A DNA stretch of 64,000 bases from Trichoplax adhaerens (taxonomy: Eukaryota > Animalia > Placozoa), in assembly GCF_000150275.1 (NCBI RefSeq), contig NW_002060943.1:5600008-5664007 (forward strand). The letters run 5' to 3'. Shown one piece after another: positions 40,801 through 52,159 of this stretch. The position numbers and the translations under genes are program-made. Positions within the stretch are counted from its first letter, which is position 1; every line of letters begins with the position of its first letter. A model generated the notes under the pieces. That model made no database searches, was not told the origin of the DNA, and worked only from the letters and a program-made list of their open reading frames with translations.

Positions 40801-42738
40801 ACCTAGCGTGGATTAAATAGCTAGACTTCATTCTTGATATGATATATCAAAAACCAGAAATAACCTGTAGATTTGATATCTTGGTTTGATTCTTGACCAG
40901 CTTATAGACTGCTCATACACAGCTTATTACGATTGATTTTTTGCTTACTGAAATTAACGTTTATTGATTACTGGAGCAAACAACAATTTATATTAGATAT
41001 TTTAATTAACTAGGCAATTATTATTTCGGAGCTTGGATCCGTAACACTGAAACACTCATAGCATGGACTATGTAATAAGACAGAGAGAAACCTTATCAAT
41101 GTAGTTAGTCAGGGATTGTTACTATACACGCCTTCTGCCGCCGCGAATACCGTGTTAAAAGAGAAAGAACAGCACACACACTATGCCAAAATTATACGGA
41201 AGTAATAATATGTTAGAATTGAACTGAATTTATTAGAAGTTATGCTGATCACAATACTTGAAATCATAAGAAGTGAGTTTACACTATACAGAGCACTATA
41301 CTCTAATATGTAAGTATGTAGTACAGCCCTAAATAAGCTTAAGACTAAGATTCTAGAATTATAGGAAAAAAGATAAATTGTACGCTAAATATTACAAGAT
41401 TGTATAAGTGTCTAATTATGGAAGATGCTAACAGTACATATTGTAGAAATTCTATTGAGATGCTTATATTAAGATTCTTAGATAATAATAGATTGGTCTA
41501 AATATGCTACTACAGTGAGATTTGTTTTGCGACACTTCAATTAGAAGCGCAAATTATTAATCGATAGCGCGATAGTAAATTTAGGCATGACTTTGTAACT
41601 TAAGAGAGGATTAAAAAAATTATTGTTATCATAATCATCAAAGCGACTACTATAATTAACAGAGTATTATTATATCATTAATATCTTTTAAATAGTCTCC
41701 GGTAGGTTTATTCATAGGAAGGAAACTACTACTCAAATAGGAAGAACTTAAATGGAGATGCTGCCTATTCGAAATGAAAATAAACTTGAGCTTGCTTAAC
41801 CTACTTTCGAATTTAATGACATGTAGAAACATAGAATATGCTATGAACCTTTAGTAAAGCTAAGAATGATATGACTGAACTAGGTCATTGTCTTACCTAA
41901 TTGTTCGTAAAATTGATATTGTACAGTATATAATTTTTTCTTAGGATAGAAATCACTTTTGAGCATTCAGGTGTATCAATCTTGGAAAAATAGCTCATGA
42001 TACCCAATTTTTCGGTTATATCCCTTGCTTGATAGATGTACCATAGGACATTTGCAGAGTCGTGAAAAATCAACTTAATATGTGCCATATTAATACTATA
42101 CGGCTTGGCATAATTCAAAATCCTTTACTGTTACTAGTCTTCATGATGATACAATTTGCAATAAGAGACATTTTCAGATCTTCGCTACAAGTCCAGTTTT
42201 TAAGACATGCGCCTATCACGGATGGCAATTCATATCTAATGTAGATATAATTTCATGGATGAGATTTCGGCTATTTTAGTGTTTATATCGTATGTTTTTT
42301 CAATTTATTTCCATGTAGAAATTACTCTATCGTCCGTTATTTATTTGTTTAAATTATTAATGTTGCTGCTGCTCCTAGGTTTTAAAAGAAATTACTCTAA
42401 AGTATCGTAGTCTTTACCATAGAGTATTTAATAATTATAGCTTCAATTGCTATCGTCACCCATTTCTTAACATTTGTGAATTACTATTTTTTTACTTTAC
42501 TTTAAAAATCAACTGTTTTATCAACTAAGGGTAATTTAGCGGATCCTTAATTTCAAAGGCTTTGTCATTTTTTGATGCCGAAATAGTTAAACTTAAACTC
42601 CATAAGTTCTTTCTCTATTTAAATCAAGTAATAGCATAAAATTAGGTAGCTTCTCGCATTGGAAGCTGTAGACAATAATCTATGGAAGGTTTGGAAAGGA
42701 ATGATTCTACAAACAATTTTCTGTAGCATGCTTCTTCG

Positions 42739-45700
42739 TTAGAATTTAACTACTAATCTAAGTGGCCGATGAGAAGTAGTAATTTTAGATGGTAAATTTT
42801 TAATCCTTTTTATTGGTCCTTCCCTTTTGTTGCCAGCATTATAGACAAGGAATAATTCATAATTATTACCCTCATCGCACATTGTCTCCCATTCTTTTTC
42901 TGTAATATTAAAGGACGCGTTATCATGATAAGTGGTCGATTTAACTTCGACGTACGACTCTTCGACGTACGACTCTGGATCGTCATTCTTAGTAATTTTT
43001 ATATCATATGGTTTTTTACTTTCATTTTCATAGTTTTCCCAGACAATTTTATACGTTACTTTTTTATCATTCTTATCGTACCCAGATAGAGTATACGAAT
43101 TACCATCAGTGTCAACATGGAATTCTTTAAGGTCTCTCTTATAGTAGTCCTGAAGATATAAATAAGCAAATTTTTCGCCCCATTTACCAATTTCCTGATT
43201 ACTTGCTTTAGATATTTCAGAATTCTCCTGTTTTTCATTTGCTCTTGGAATGCTACATGGTGATTGCTTATTTGGGTCTGTATGGATAGATGACGGCTGC
43301 GATTGGTTAAATGGTTGCTTCGATAATCTCGAAGTAACCCCTTCTCGAGTAATAATTGGAAAATTTGTTGCATGATTTCGACCAGAATTAGGTTTACCTA
43401 GGTTATCAACTTCGTTAGAATTAACGAATTTCAAATCTTCTAACTTTATCTTTAGGTCCTTATCATTTCTAGGACTCCCTAAGCTATCAGACATTTGTTC
43501 TTCAAGCCATTTTGAAAGATCTTCGGGGTCCCAAGTGCAAGATAGCCGACGCAAAACGTCTACGTGAGTTTTTTCTTTTTCTTGGTCTAGATTTGACTTT
43601 AAATAATTAATTAAAACATCTATAATGTCTTTTAGAAGAATATCTTTAACGAATGATAAATCCTGATCGTAAAGAATAACTTTAGCTGAAAAACGATTCT
43701 GGTCTTCCTTATCAGGAGATCGTTTTATATACAAGCTATCAACTAGATTAAAATTTATATTCTTTAGACAATTACGCCATTTATCGTAAAGTTGTTTAAT
43801 GTAATCTTTTCTTTCATTCACTGAAAGTGTTGTGTACAGTAATAGATTAAATATCAATTGTCTTGTTTTGTCACACGAAAGCGATGAATCCTCTTTTATA
43901 ATAGACCCGTTTATCGATTTTTCATCAATAATCTGGATTGAAAAGTATTTACATATAATTTTCATATTCGCTATTGTTAAGTTATCAGGTCGTTTTAACA
44001 TGTATTGATTAGGTTGAACAAAAGTTTTAGGACAGGATATGAAACAAAGTGATTTAGCCAATTTTAGACTTCCATCTGTCGACGGTAGTTCAATATTTGC
44101 CTTTCGTAGCTTTTCTAAATCTTGGTCATCCCACTGTGATATAATAATCTTTTGATATATGTTACCGAATTTGGTAATATATTCGTTCTCCTTAGTAGTG
44201 ATAGCTTCAAATAATTTAATAGCATCTTCAACGCTTAATGTCTTACGGGCTCCTAGTAGGTGCATAAGCTTGCTCGATAGAGTAATAGTGCAGTCATCGA
44301 ATATGGTTTGCATTTGCGGTAATATCCTACCTAGGTCTTCACCTAAATCATCGATAAAAGTTGATTCATTTGTATACAATTGATTCATGCGATAGCAGTT
44401 ATCATTAGTTGCTTTAATACATTCAGCTTTGTTAAGCATAAATGTTAAATAGTGTTCGGGGTCATCTTGCTGATTACTATTTAGTCGATTCTTTTTAATG
44501 TCATCCTTAAATTTTTCAATATTATCAATTATATCTTTCTCCCTACTTTGTAAATATTGAAAGAATATTCTCGCATAATCAGCTTCAGGTAAGCAATTTA
44601 TATAAGGTAGATAAGCAATATGAAACTGAAAGTCATCTGAAAAGGTTAAATGTTGATAATTCTCCAAATAGCATTTATAACATTTAAGATCATCTGCAGG
44701 TATTTTTTTCTTTAGAAGGGTGTTATATGTAGCAGAATCACAAAAAAAATTTAAAGTTTCTAGCACGCCTAATTGTTTTAATGTGTGTTTTAATGTTGAC
44801 TTTAAGTTCTCGCTTTGTTCGTCTTCTAGTACTGATTTTAGTTTGTCATAATAATCTTGTGAAACGTAATTGACGTCATGGCATATAGTCGGTGGGTTTT
44901 CAAAGACAATTTCTAATGGTAAATAGCAATCTTTAGCTAATTGCATGGATCCATTAGTTACTGCCAATTTCAAATTTAATAATCCTCCATTCTTGCCGGA
45001 TTCAATCTCTAAATTATCGCTAAATTGACATAAAAATACCACAATTTCAATTGAGAAATCTTTATCAATGTCTTCTCCATCTTTTAATAATTTAGCTATC
45101 TTTTCAATAATAATTTGGTCTTGTATTTCTTTGAGTCCAAGGCTTTCTAAACATGGTTTGGCATCGGGAATATTCAATATATCTTTACTAATAAGAGTAA
45201 GTTGGAGTTTAGCTGCAAATTTTTGATATTTAGGATTAGGTAAGAATAAATTGGAACTTGAAAATAAAATATCATTGTTGGCCAATAAAATTTTTTTATC
45301 CTTATAATCCTCCCTTTCAGATTCAGATTCAGATTTATTCCACAAACCTATCAACATTTTAATTAACTTTAGGTATTTTTCTCTACCATCTTCTTTTTTC
45401 AAACATTCATCGGCATATATTTCTACTTTTTCGGATAATTCCTTCAGCGAAAACTTACGCATCTCTTTCTTTAGAGCTTTTAAATCGTGATGTACAATTT
45501 TAGATGCATTATCGTTGTCCAGAAACGAAAATGTCTTGTAGAATTCGATTTCATCTATAATAGCCTCATTGAATTTCAGCAATTTTTTTGGATCTGAATC
45601 AGACGGAATGAATTCAGTATCTTCCAGAGCTTTTTGAACCCCTTCTTTGTAAGCTTCTTGCAACTCTTTTGGGACATTGTTTCCCAGTTTTTGTTCAAAT

Positions 45701-46926
45701 AAATCCAATATTAAGTTGCGATTTTTTTTATCATTTCGAGCAATAGTTTGTAGTGAAAGTATGTGTGAACTTCCGATATTCTGGAATAAGAATAAATTCC
45801 ATTCATTTACTAGTAACTGCCTCCTTTCCGGATAGATTAAGAAATCAGAAATGATGTAGAATGGATAGTTAAGATCAATGTTTGTTGGAAAGTAACTAAA
45901 TAATTTTTTTTTTTTAGCTTCATTGGTTATTTTGCCTTCCTTATTCAATCTGTTAGCAAACATGATACGTGTGCTTTTAGCTTTCTTTAGCGTCTGTGGG
46001 CATTCATAACGATTGTAATGTTGGAGTTTCTCTTGTAAATCTTCAGGAATATCTATGGTGCGCTCTGTTACCAGCCAAGATGTTTTATTTGTTTTTTTCT
46101 TTGGAGTCGTTGAGTCTTTCTTGATTTCGTATCGCTTCAAGTATGTATTATTTTTTGGGGATTCTAGTCCGGCAGTCTTTCCTGATTCTGTATTGCTGCA
46201 CTCATTTTCATCTCGTGAAGTTCTTTCTAAACAGATTTTTGTATTATTTGTATTATTCGTCTTATTCGTACAAGTTTCTAAAGAAATCATTTTTATCTTT
46301 CGTAGATACAGCATAAATAGCAGTGATTTTTTAAGATCTTGGAACAAGTCCTCAATAATCTCATCCTTTTTGAGTTTGAATAGGAATTGGGTGTTATAGC
46401 CTGGAGGAACATTTGCAATACGGTGTGGTAGATCTTTATTCTCTGTCCAGATTGGAATAACTTGCCATGGATAATCAGAAGCTAGATCTGATTGAGAAGG
46501 TTTATTCCATTTTTGATAAGAACTATCGAAGCGAAAAGTATATCCGCCGGATTTGATAAAAGCGGCGTCTGAAAAAACGAATACCGATTTAAATCCCATA
46601 CCTATATAATCGTTATTATTTGAGTTGTTCTTCTTGCTATTAGATTTTGATTGTGTATTGCCACAGATAGCCTCGACATTTCCAAGATCAAAAGCTTTGC
46701 CTGTATGTGAAACGCTTAAATATCTTTCTTTGATTTCAATCTTGAATGATAAGCTGATATCGCTGTGATCGTTGGCGTTTCGTAGCAACTCAAAAATAAT
46801 TTGTTCTCGATTTTTAGCAAAAAATTGAATATCTTCATTGATTCTACCAGCTAGGTTAGCTGCATTGCTGTCATTTTTACATCGCTGGTCGAATATATCT
46901 TCAATTTCCCCTTTCTTGTCCACCAT
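42739..46926 (-). CDS. Sacsin/NO VEIN-like GHKL ATPase + DUF3883 nuclease protein (paralogue 2), intronless, 1395 aa
   Basis: N-terminal IFELLRNAND, SHTGKAF, GMGFKSVF, SGGYTFRFD, PWQVIPIW, YFPT...YPFYIISDFL...R (sacsin-repeat/HATPase_c_3 pattern). C-terminal IGKWGEKFAY...PYDIKI...YVEVKST...ITEKEW (DUF3883). Confidence 0.88.
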   Translation of the reverse strand: MVDKKGEIEDIFDQRCKNDSNAANLAGRINEDIQFFAKNREQIIFELLRNANDHSDISLSFKIEIKERYLSVSHTGKAFDLGNVEAICGNTQSKSNSKKNNSNNNDYIGMGFKSVFVFSDAAFIKSGGYTFRFDSSYQKWNKPSQSDLASDYPWQVIPIWTENKDLPHRIANVPPGYNTQFLFKLKKDEIIEDLFQDLKKSLLFMLYLRKIKMISLETCTNKTNNTNNTKICLERTSRDENECSNTESGKTAGLESPKNNTYLKRYEIKKDSTTPKKKTNKTSWLVTERTIDIPEDLQEKLQHYNRYECPQTLKKAKSTRIMFANRLNKEGKITNEAKKKKLFSYFPTNIDLNYPFYIISDFLIYPERRQLLVNEWNLFLFQNIGSSHILSLQTIARNDKKNRNLILDLFEQKLGNNVPKELQEAYKEGVQKALEDTEFIPSDSDPKKLLKFNEAIIDEIEFYKTFSFLDNDNASKIVHHDLKALKKEMRKFSLKELSEKVEIYADECLKKEDGREKYLKLIKMLIGLWNKSESESEREDYKDKKILLANNDILFSSSNLFLPNPKYQKFAAKLQLTLISKDILNIPDAKPCLESLGLKEIQDQIIIEKIAKLLKDGEDIDKDFSIEIVVFLCQFSDNLEIESGKNGGLLNLKLAVTNGSMQLAKDCYLPLEIVFENPPTICHDVNYVSQDYYDKLKSVLEDEQSENLKSTLKHTLKQLGVLETLNFFCDSATYNTLLKKKIPADDLKCYKCYLENYQHLTFSDDFQFHIAYLPYINCLPEADYARIFFQYLQSREKDIIDNIEKFKDDIKKNRLNSNQQDDPEHYLTFMLNKAECIKATNDNCYRMNQLYTNESTFIDDLGEDLGRILPQMQTIFDDCTITLSSKLMHLLGARKTLSVEDAIKLFEAITTKENEYITKFGNIYQKIIISQWDDQDLEKLRKANIELPSTDGSLKLAKSLCFISCPKTFVQPNQYMLKRPDNLTIANMKIICKYFSIQIIDEKSINGSIIKEDSSLSCDKTRQLIFNLLLYTTLSVNERKDYIKQLYDKWRNCLKNINFNLVDSLYIKRSPDKEDQNRFSAKVILYDQDLSFVKDILLKDIIDVLINYLKSNLDQEKEKTHVDVLRRLSCTWDPEDLSKWLEEQMSDSLGSPRNDKDLKIKLEDLKFVNSNEVDNLGKPNSGRNHATNFPIITREGVTSRLSKQPFNQSQPSSIHTDPNKQSPCSIPRANEKQENSEISKASNQEIGKWGEKFAYLYLQDYYKRDLKEFHVDTDGNSYTLSGYDKNDKKVTYKIVWENYENESKKPYDIKITKNDDPESYVEESYVEVKSTTYHDNASFNITEKEWETMCDEGNNYELFLVYNAGNKREGPIKRIKNLPSKITTSHRPLRLVVKF

Positions 46927-47399
46927 TTTCTATTAACATCGACGTCTATCTCTCTCCCTTGGTACCTATATTAATATTGATAATAAAGGTTCATATATAT
47001 TTCAATGTTAATAATAGTAATAGATATATTTGTATTTACATATATGTAAATGTATAAGTACAATGATTACACTAGACAATAGGGGAAGCGGGTTTATACT
47101 TTCTATAATAATTTATTGTCAAAATTTTGAAATTTGCCTTAACTCTTAGATTAGACAAAGTGTTATAGCTGGAGTCTTATGATGAAAGAATTAAAATGTA
47201 GCAATACTATCGCTTCAAAATGCTTTTATCTATAATATGAAAATTGATGGTAGTACGAGCAGCTTTCTTTATTTAATATTGTTTTAGTACGGCTAAGTGT
47301 AATTTTAGAATTTCTATCAAAGAATTCTTCATAGTAGTTTGAGATAATAATTGCTGCATCTTTCTACACTGTATAATCCAACGATAAAATCGATCAAAG

Positions 47400-49350
47400 T
47401 ATCTTATTGAAATATAAACGGCATTTGTTGTAAGGGAACAGAAGGGCATTCACATGCCTATAAGACTTTTATGTCTGCTATACAATATCAACGTGAAAGT
47501 TCGGAATATTATAGTCTAAAATAGGTTATCGCAGCTCATGGCTATATTAAGGGACTTGATAAATATTTTACTCGCTGCAAGTATGAGCAATAAAGAGTTA
47601 ATAATAGTCGACTTAGGCTTTGCTTTTAATACTGAGTTAGAGTAAAGCAAGAGAAATACAAGACCCATTAAAAAAGTAATGGGACTGCTTCGATATCTTG
47701 AAAATACTTTATTTATTCATAACATTTAACGTTAAAACCTTCAAAGTAATCACCGACAGCTTCATCGCACTTACTCGTACGTAATCAAGGTTGATTTTTA
47801 GAATTCTCTTTCAAAAATTACACTATAGAAGTAATTTATAGCTGTAAGAAAAAAATGAAGTATTGATGAAGTAGAAAAATCCAGGAATCTTACCCACTGT
47901 TAGTAGTTTTGACTAATTTAATTAATTAATTACGCTAGAAATTATCCTTGAAATCAATATTCTGCAAACTCGATCACTTTATCCAGCCTGCAATTATGCA
48001 ATTTATTATTATTATTCCATCTTAATTTTGTTAAGTACTATATTGAGTTATATATATTATTTTGCAAGTTTAACTTGGCCGACATTTAGTACGTTTCGGC
48101 TAAACTGTAAATATACGCTCGTTAAGTTAATATAGTCCTGAATACTTTAGTTTTAAAAATAGAAAATAATTTATAATAGGTTACTAGCTAAATTTGGAAA
48201 GGAATTATTTGTAGAATCTGTCTGAACTTGTGTGATAAACTTTCATAGCTTCGTTGCAATTACTTTGGAATAGCACATAATAGTTTTATACCAGTAATAA
48301 ATCTTAAGTTTTTGTAACACCAACTACTCTGTAAAATACTGTATATGAAGAGCTACGTAATTTGGTAGTGCTGTTATAGAAATTGTAGAGAAGTGCTAGA
48401 TGTTTGAGAGGTTATATTGAAGTAAGATATTATGGTTATTTGCTGTACTAGTTGCTAGTATTTCCAGCTTCTGTTATAACTTCTTTTCCATTGGTAGTTG
48501 CCATTGTACTACGTTTCATTTACGATTATTTATACGTTTGGTATTAGAATAGATCAAGATTAAGATAAAGATGGTATTTCTCTCAAAAGATGCGCTGGTT
48601 CAGGTAGGGTATTATTGCAGTTGTAGTAAGTCCCAAAATTTTTCCTTTATCACTAATAAAAGTCTCTGAACGGGTAGGAAATTAAATGACATGAAGTCTG
48701 CTATTAGTCAAAAATATGTCAATGTCACTATTTTTAATTCACTATTATAGCTTGAGTATTGCTAACTACGGCGATACTTGAACGATAGTAAAGGCTAGAA
48801 AACGTTGTAATTCTCGTTGACAATCTATCTTAAGGCGGTGAATGTTTTTAACTGGAAACATGCCTTAATAATAGAATATTGCTCTAATGTCATAGAATTA
48901 AAATTGTAATTGGTACTTTGAAATACAGCTCAGCTCTTTCATTCCGCTACATGATTGCAATTTACTATGGACTATCTAACTACTGTGAAAGATAAACTAT
49001 TTACTAGCTATAATTACCTGCTTCAGAATTGCTTGCTTGGCTTTACTTCTGGTATTTATCGAAGTTAATTAAATGCTAGAAAATTCAGATTTAATGGATT
49101 AACTTTATCGTTATTATATCCCAACGATAACGAATATTTGTCCAATTTGATAGCTTATTTTCTTCTAAAAATTTTCGAAGCGACTATGGAAAGTTATCGT
49201 TGTTTTCTATATCAGAATATAGACGAATTTCTAAATCTAATAAAATACTAAGCGTCACTTATTGCGCTTATCTATCCAGGTCTGAGTGATATCAATCTCG
49301 GTAACTCAATCAACATAGCTGTGGTAAGAGAATGGGTAGATAGTACATAA
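47400..49350 (-). pseudogene. Degraded LRR-GPCR-like remnant (boundaries approximate)
   Basis: Minus-strand fragments LPRLISLR, LAFN*LR*IP and SSLQNIDFKDN, then the hinge/TM1-like SCDNLF*TIIFRTFTLIL at about 47480-47540. Many stops and frameshifts. Confidence 0.35.
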
Positions 49351-50951
49351 GTAATCAAGTTTTAATCCTAAATTGTTATCTAATAAATAGTAATGTCTTA
49401 AGGCGTTGTTTTTGATTCTACAGAAGAATTGAATGGAGCGTTTTGTTTGATATGCAATCTATTGTATTTATCATTAAACACTATTATTAGTAGTATCATT
49501 AATAATTGGTAAAAGATAATTAAATACTATGAATATTCATCAGTACGGTGTTGATTAATGTTATTTTGCACATATAAACAATGCTATTTTTTAGATCTGC
49601 TTGGCATGGAAATTTTTCCGAACCACGCCTGGACCCGGAAGTAAATTGATAATAAAGTGGATAAGCACTGTTCCAGTATCTTCAGTGCCATCTACGGTAG
49701 CTAAGCCTTATCGTTTCAAGAATCACATTGCACTTATAAACTTGTAAGATAGTCGAAATACAGCAAGTTCCGAAATCATTTTGTTATCATTATGATTACT
49801 TGACGCAGATTTGATAGCTCGACTTTATTCTTGTTATGAAACTAAATAATGTAAGTGACGTCAATAACCCATCGAATAGATAGCTAGAGCAATTTTTTGT
49901 TAAGAAGTTAAATGATGTATGTGACGTCAAATAACCTATCAAATTGATAGCTTGGCTTTATTCTTAACCTTCTTCTAGACTGCTCTTGCACAACTTTTCA
50001 CGATTTAATTTGTTTTTACCTAAATTAGGAACTTCTAAAAGATTTTCAAAGTATTATAAGATAACTAAGCGTAATTAAATTACAAATAAGTGATGTTAAA
50101 ACAATGATTAATACCTCTTAGAATATTTAATTAAATACAAAATGTTGCCGTTGGCACTTTTAAAGGTTTCCTTACAGCAACTACCGATGCTAATTTTTTC
50201 GTGATGACGTAGAATTTAATGTCTAATTAATGGTTTTAAATAATTATGAATAGAATAGTATTGATATTTATAAAAATAACGCATTAACGCACTTAGTTTT
50301 GCCCACCTAAAGTGCAACGGAATAAATAGAACACCGAAAGTGCCAGTCTAAAATCTCTTAAAACTTGAAAGTATAGCACATTCTATTACTGTCTATAGTA
50401 CTAAAATCGCAAGGAATCAGCTTATAGTTACTGTATTTTTAATATCGGAACTAAATGGTGATGATCGAGTGACTTAAACTGAGATATTCGATAAATTTTG
50501 AAGCGTGCATTTCAACTTTATGTTGTAACCGTAAACCCGTAACACACAATCTTCTAAACCCTAGTAATGAATTTTTTCCCTTAATGTCATTGTATTGCCA
50601 CTAATTAAAAAGTTCTAAATTGTTACTATTCATAATAAATCTTATAAAATGCTTCATTGTTATTATAATGGTAATAGAAACTAAATAAACTTTTATATCT
50701 AGCGTATCGGCGTTCCGTAATTTTCTAACTGATGATTGCATGATTCTAAGAGAAAATCCAGTCGCAGATTAACATTTTATCTCGCCATTCACTTCATAAT
50801 GACCACATTGTACACAATCTTTGCAATGGAACGGTTTAGAGTGCTATATTGATCTCGAAAGTTTGTAACTCAAATAAGGATGTGGTCGCGATGACTTTTC
50901 ATCTCTCTATTCATAACCACAAGACAGTACGCGTATGCGAGTATCAGTAAC

Positions 50952-51570
50952 TGTTACGAGCTAGGAATAGCCCTAGCTTGCAGCAAGGATTGAGAGAGTG
51001 ATTTGTACCCTTTACTACTATTATTTGGAATACCAGATAATTGGTATTCCAAGGCAGATTGGATTTAACATAGAAAGACCTTCAAGACTTACTAGAAAAT
51101 CACAATCTAATTTATTGTCGGCGAACTCGCCGTTTATATAGGCTTCGGACCTAAACCGGTTTAGCTACGCAAGTCACCTTGTCTATTAGAAATTAACCAA
51201 ATTAATACTCTAAAGAGATTCTATCTGTACAGATTAGATACAGCTTAATCCTATTAAATTTACTGTAACAATATTAAAATAATCAATGCTTATTACTAGT
51301 TTAACAGATGCATATAAAGCTTTCCTACCAAGACATTTCATCTAAACTTAGGAATCGTACTTTGAATCTTAACACTTGGAGGTGATAGACATAATCCAGT
51401 TTAGCTGGTTGGCAATTACTACTTTAGTCTATATAATCCTAAATTAAGTATATCAACTGTTAACCACTAAAATTACAATTAAGGAGACCGTAAAACATTT
51501 CTGAGATATAAACATATATAGAACGTAACATAGAAATAAAGCATACGTCACGAAGATTACTTTCGTGACA
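50952..51570 (-). mobile_element. Probable solo LTR (619 bp)
   Basis: TGTTACGA...TCGTGACA termini (1 mismatch) flanked by GTAAC/GTAAT (5-bp TSD with 1 mismatch). On the - strand TATATAAA (about 51134-51141) is followed by AATAAA (about 51111-51116). Confidence 0.55.
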
Positions 51571-52159
51571 GTAATTAAAAACGATGCCATTTAAGGAAGC
51601 GTGTGAGAAAGTACCGTAAATTGTTAAAAGACAACAATGAATTATTTTAGCTTTACCACAGGCACAAGGTGATTGATGAATGGCAGCATTCGATTATATG
51701 ATGTCAGTTTTCAATTTTGATACATTTACGGAATCAATTCAAAAATAATCCTTTATCTAATATACCAGATTTACGAGTTCTTTCGAATCTTACAAAGTAA
51801 TACCATTGAGGACCAGAACTCTACTGTACGTTAAAATTTCGAACTGTTGCGACTTGAAATATTGCCTAATTATTACTTCAGCTAAAGGTATGGCTGTATT
51901 TATTAATAAATACTAACGTAGAAAGTTACGAACATAAGCTAACGGCGACTTAATAATGATTAGCTTAAAAGAGACTGTAAAACTAGTCTAAAAACACAGG
52001 ATCCTTACTAAATTTTTTAATATAAGCGAAATCTACATCGAACATGGGCAACAATTTTACTATTATGCTATCCTCTTTGTCAAGGTATACATTGGATTAA
52101 ATACATCAACAAGTCGAAAATGTTTTCACTTATTGCACACTACGTATTTACGGTTCAAA

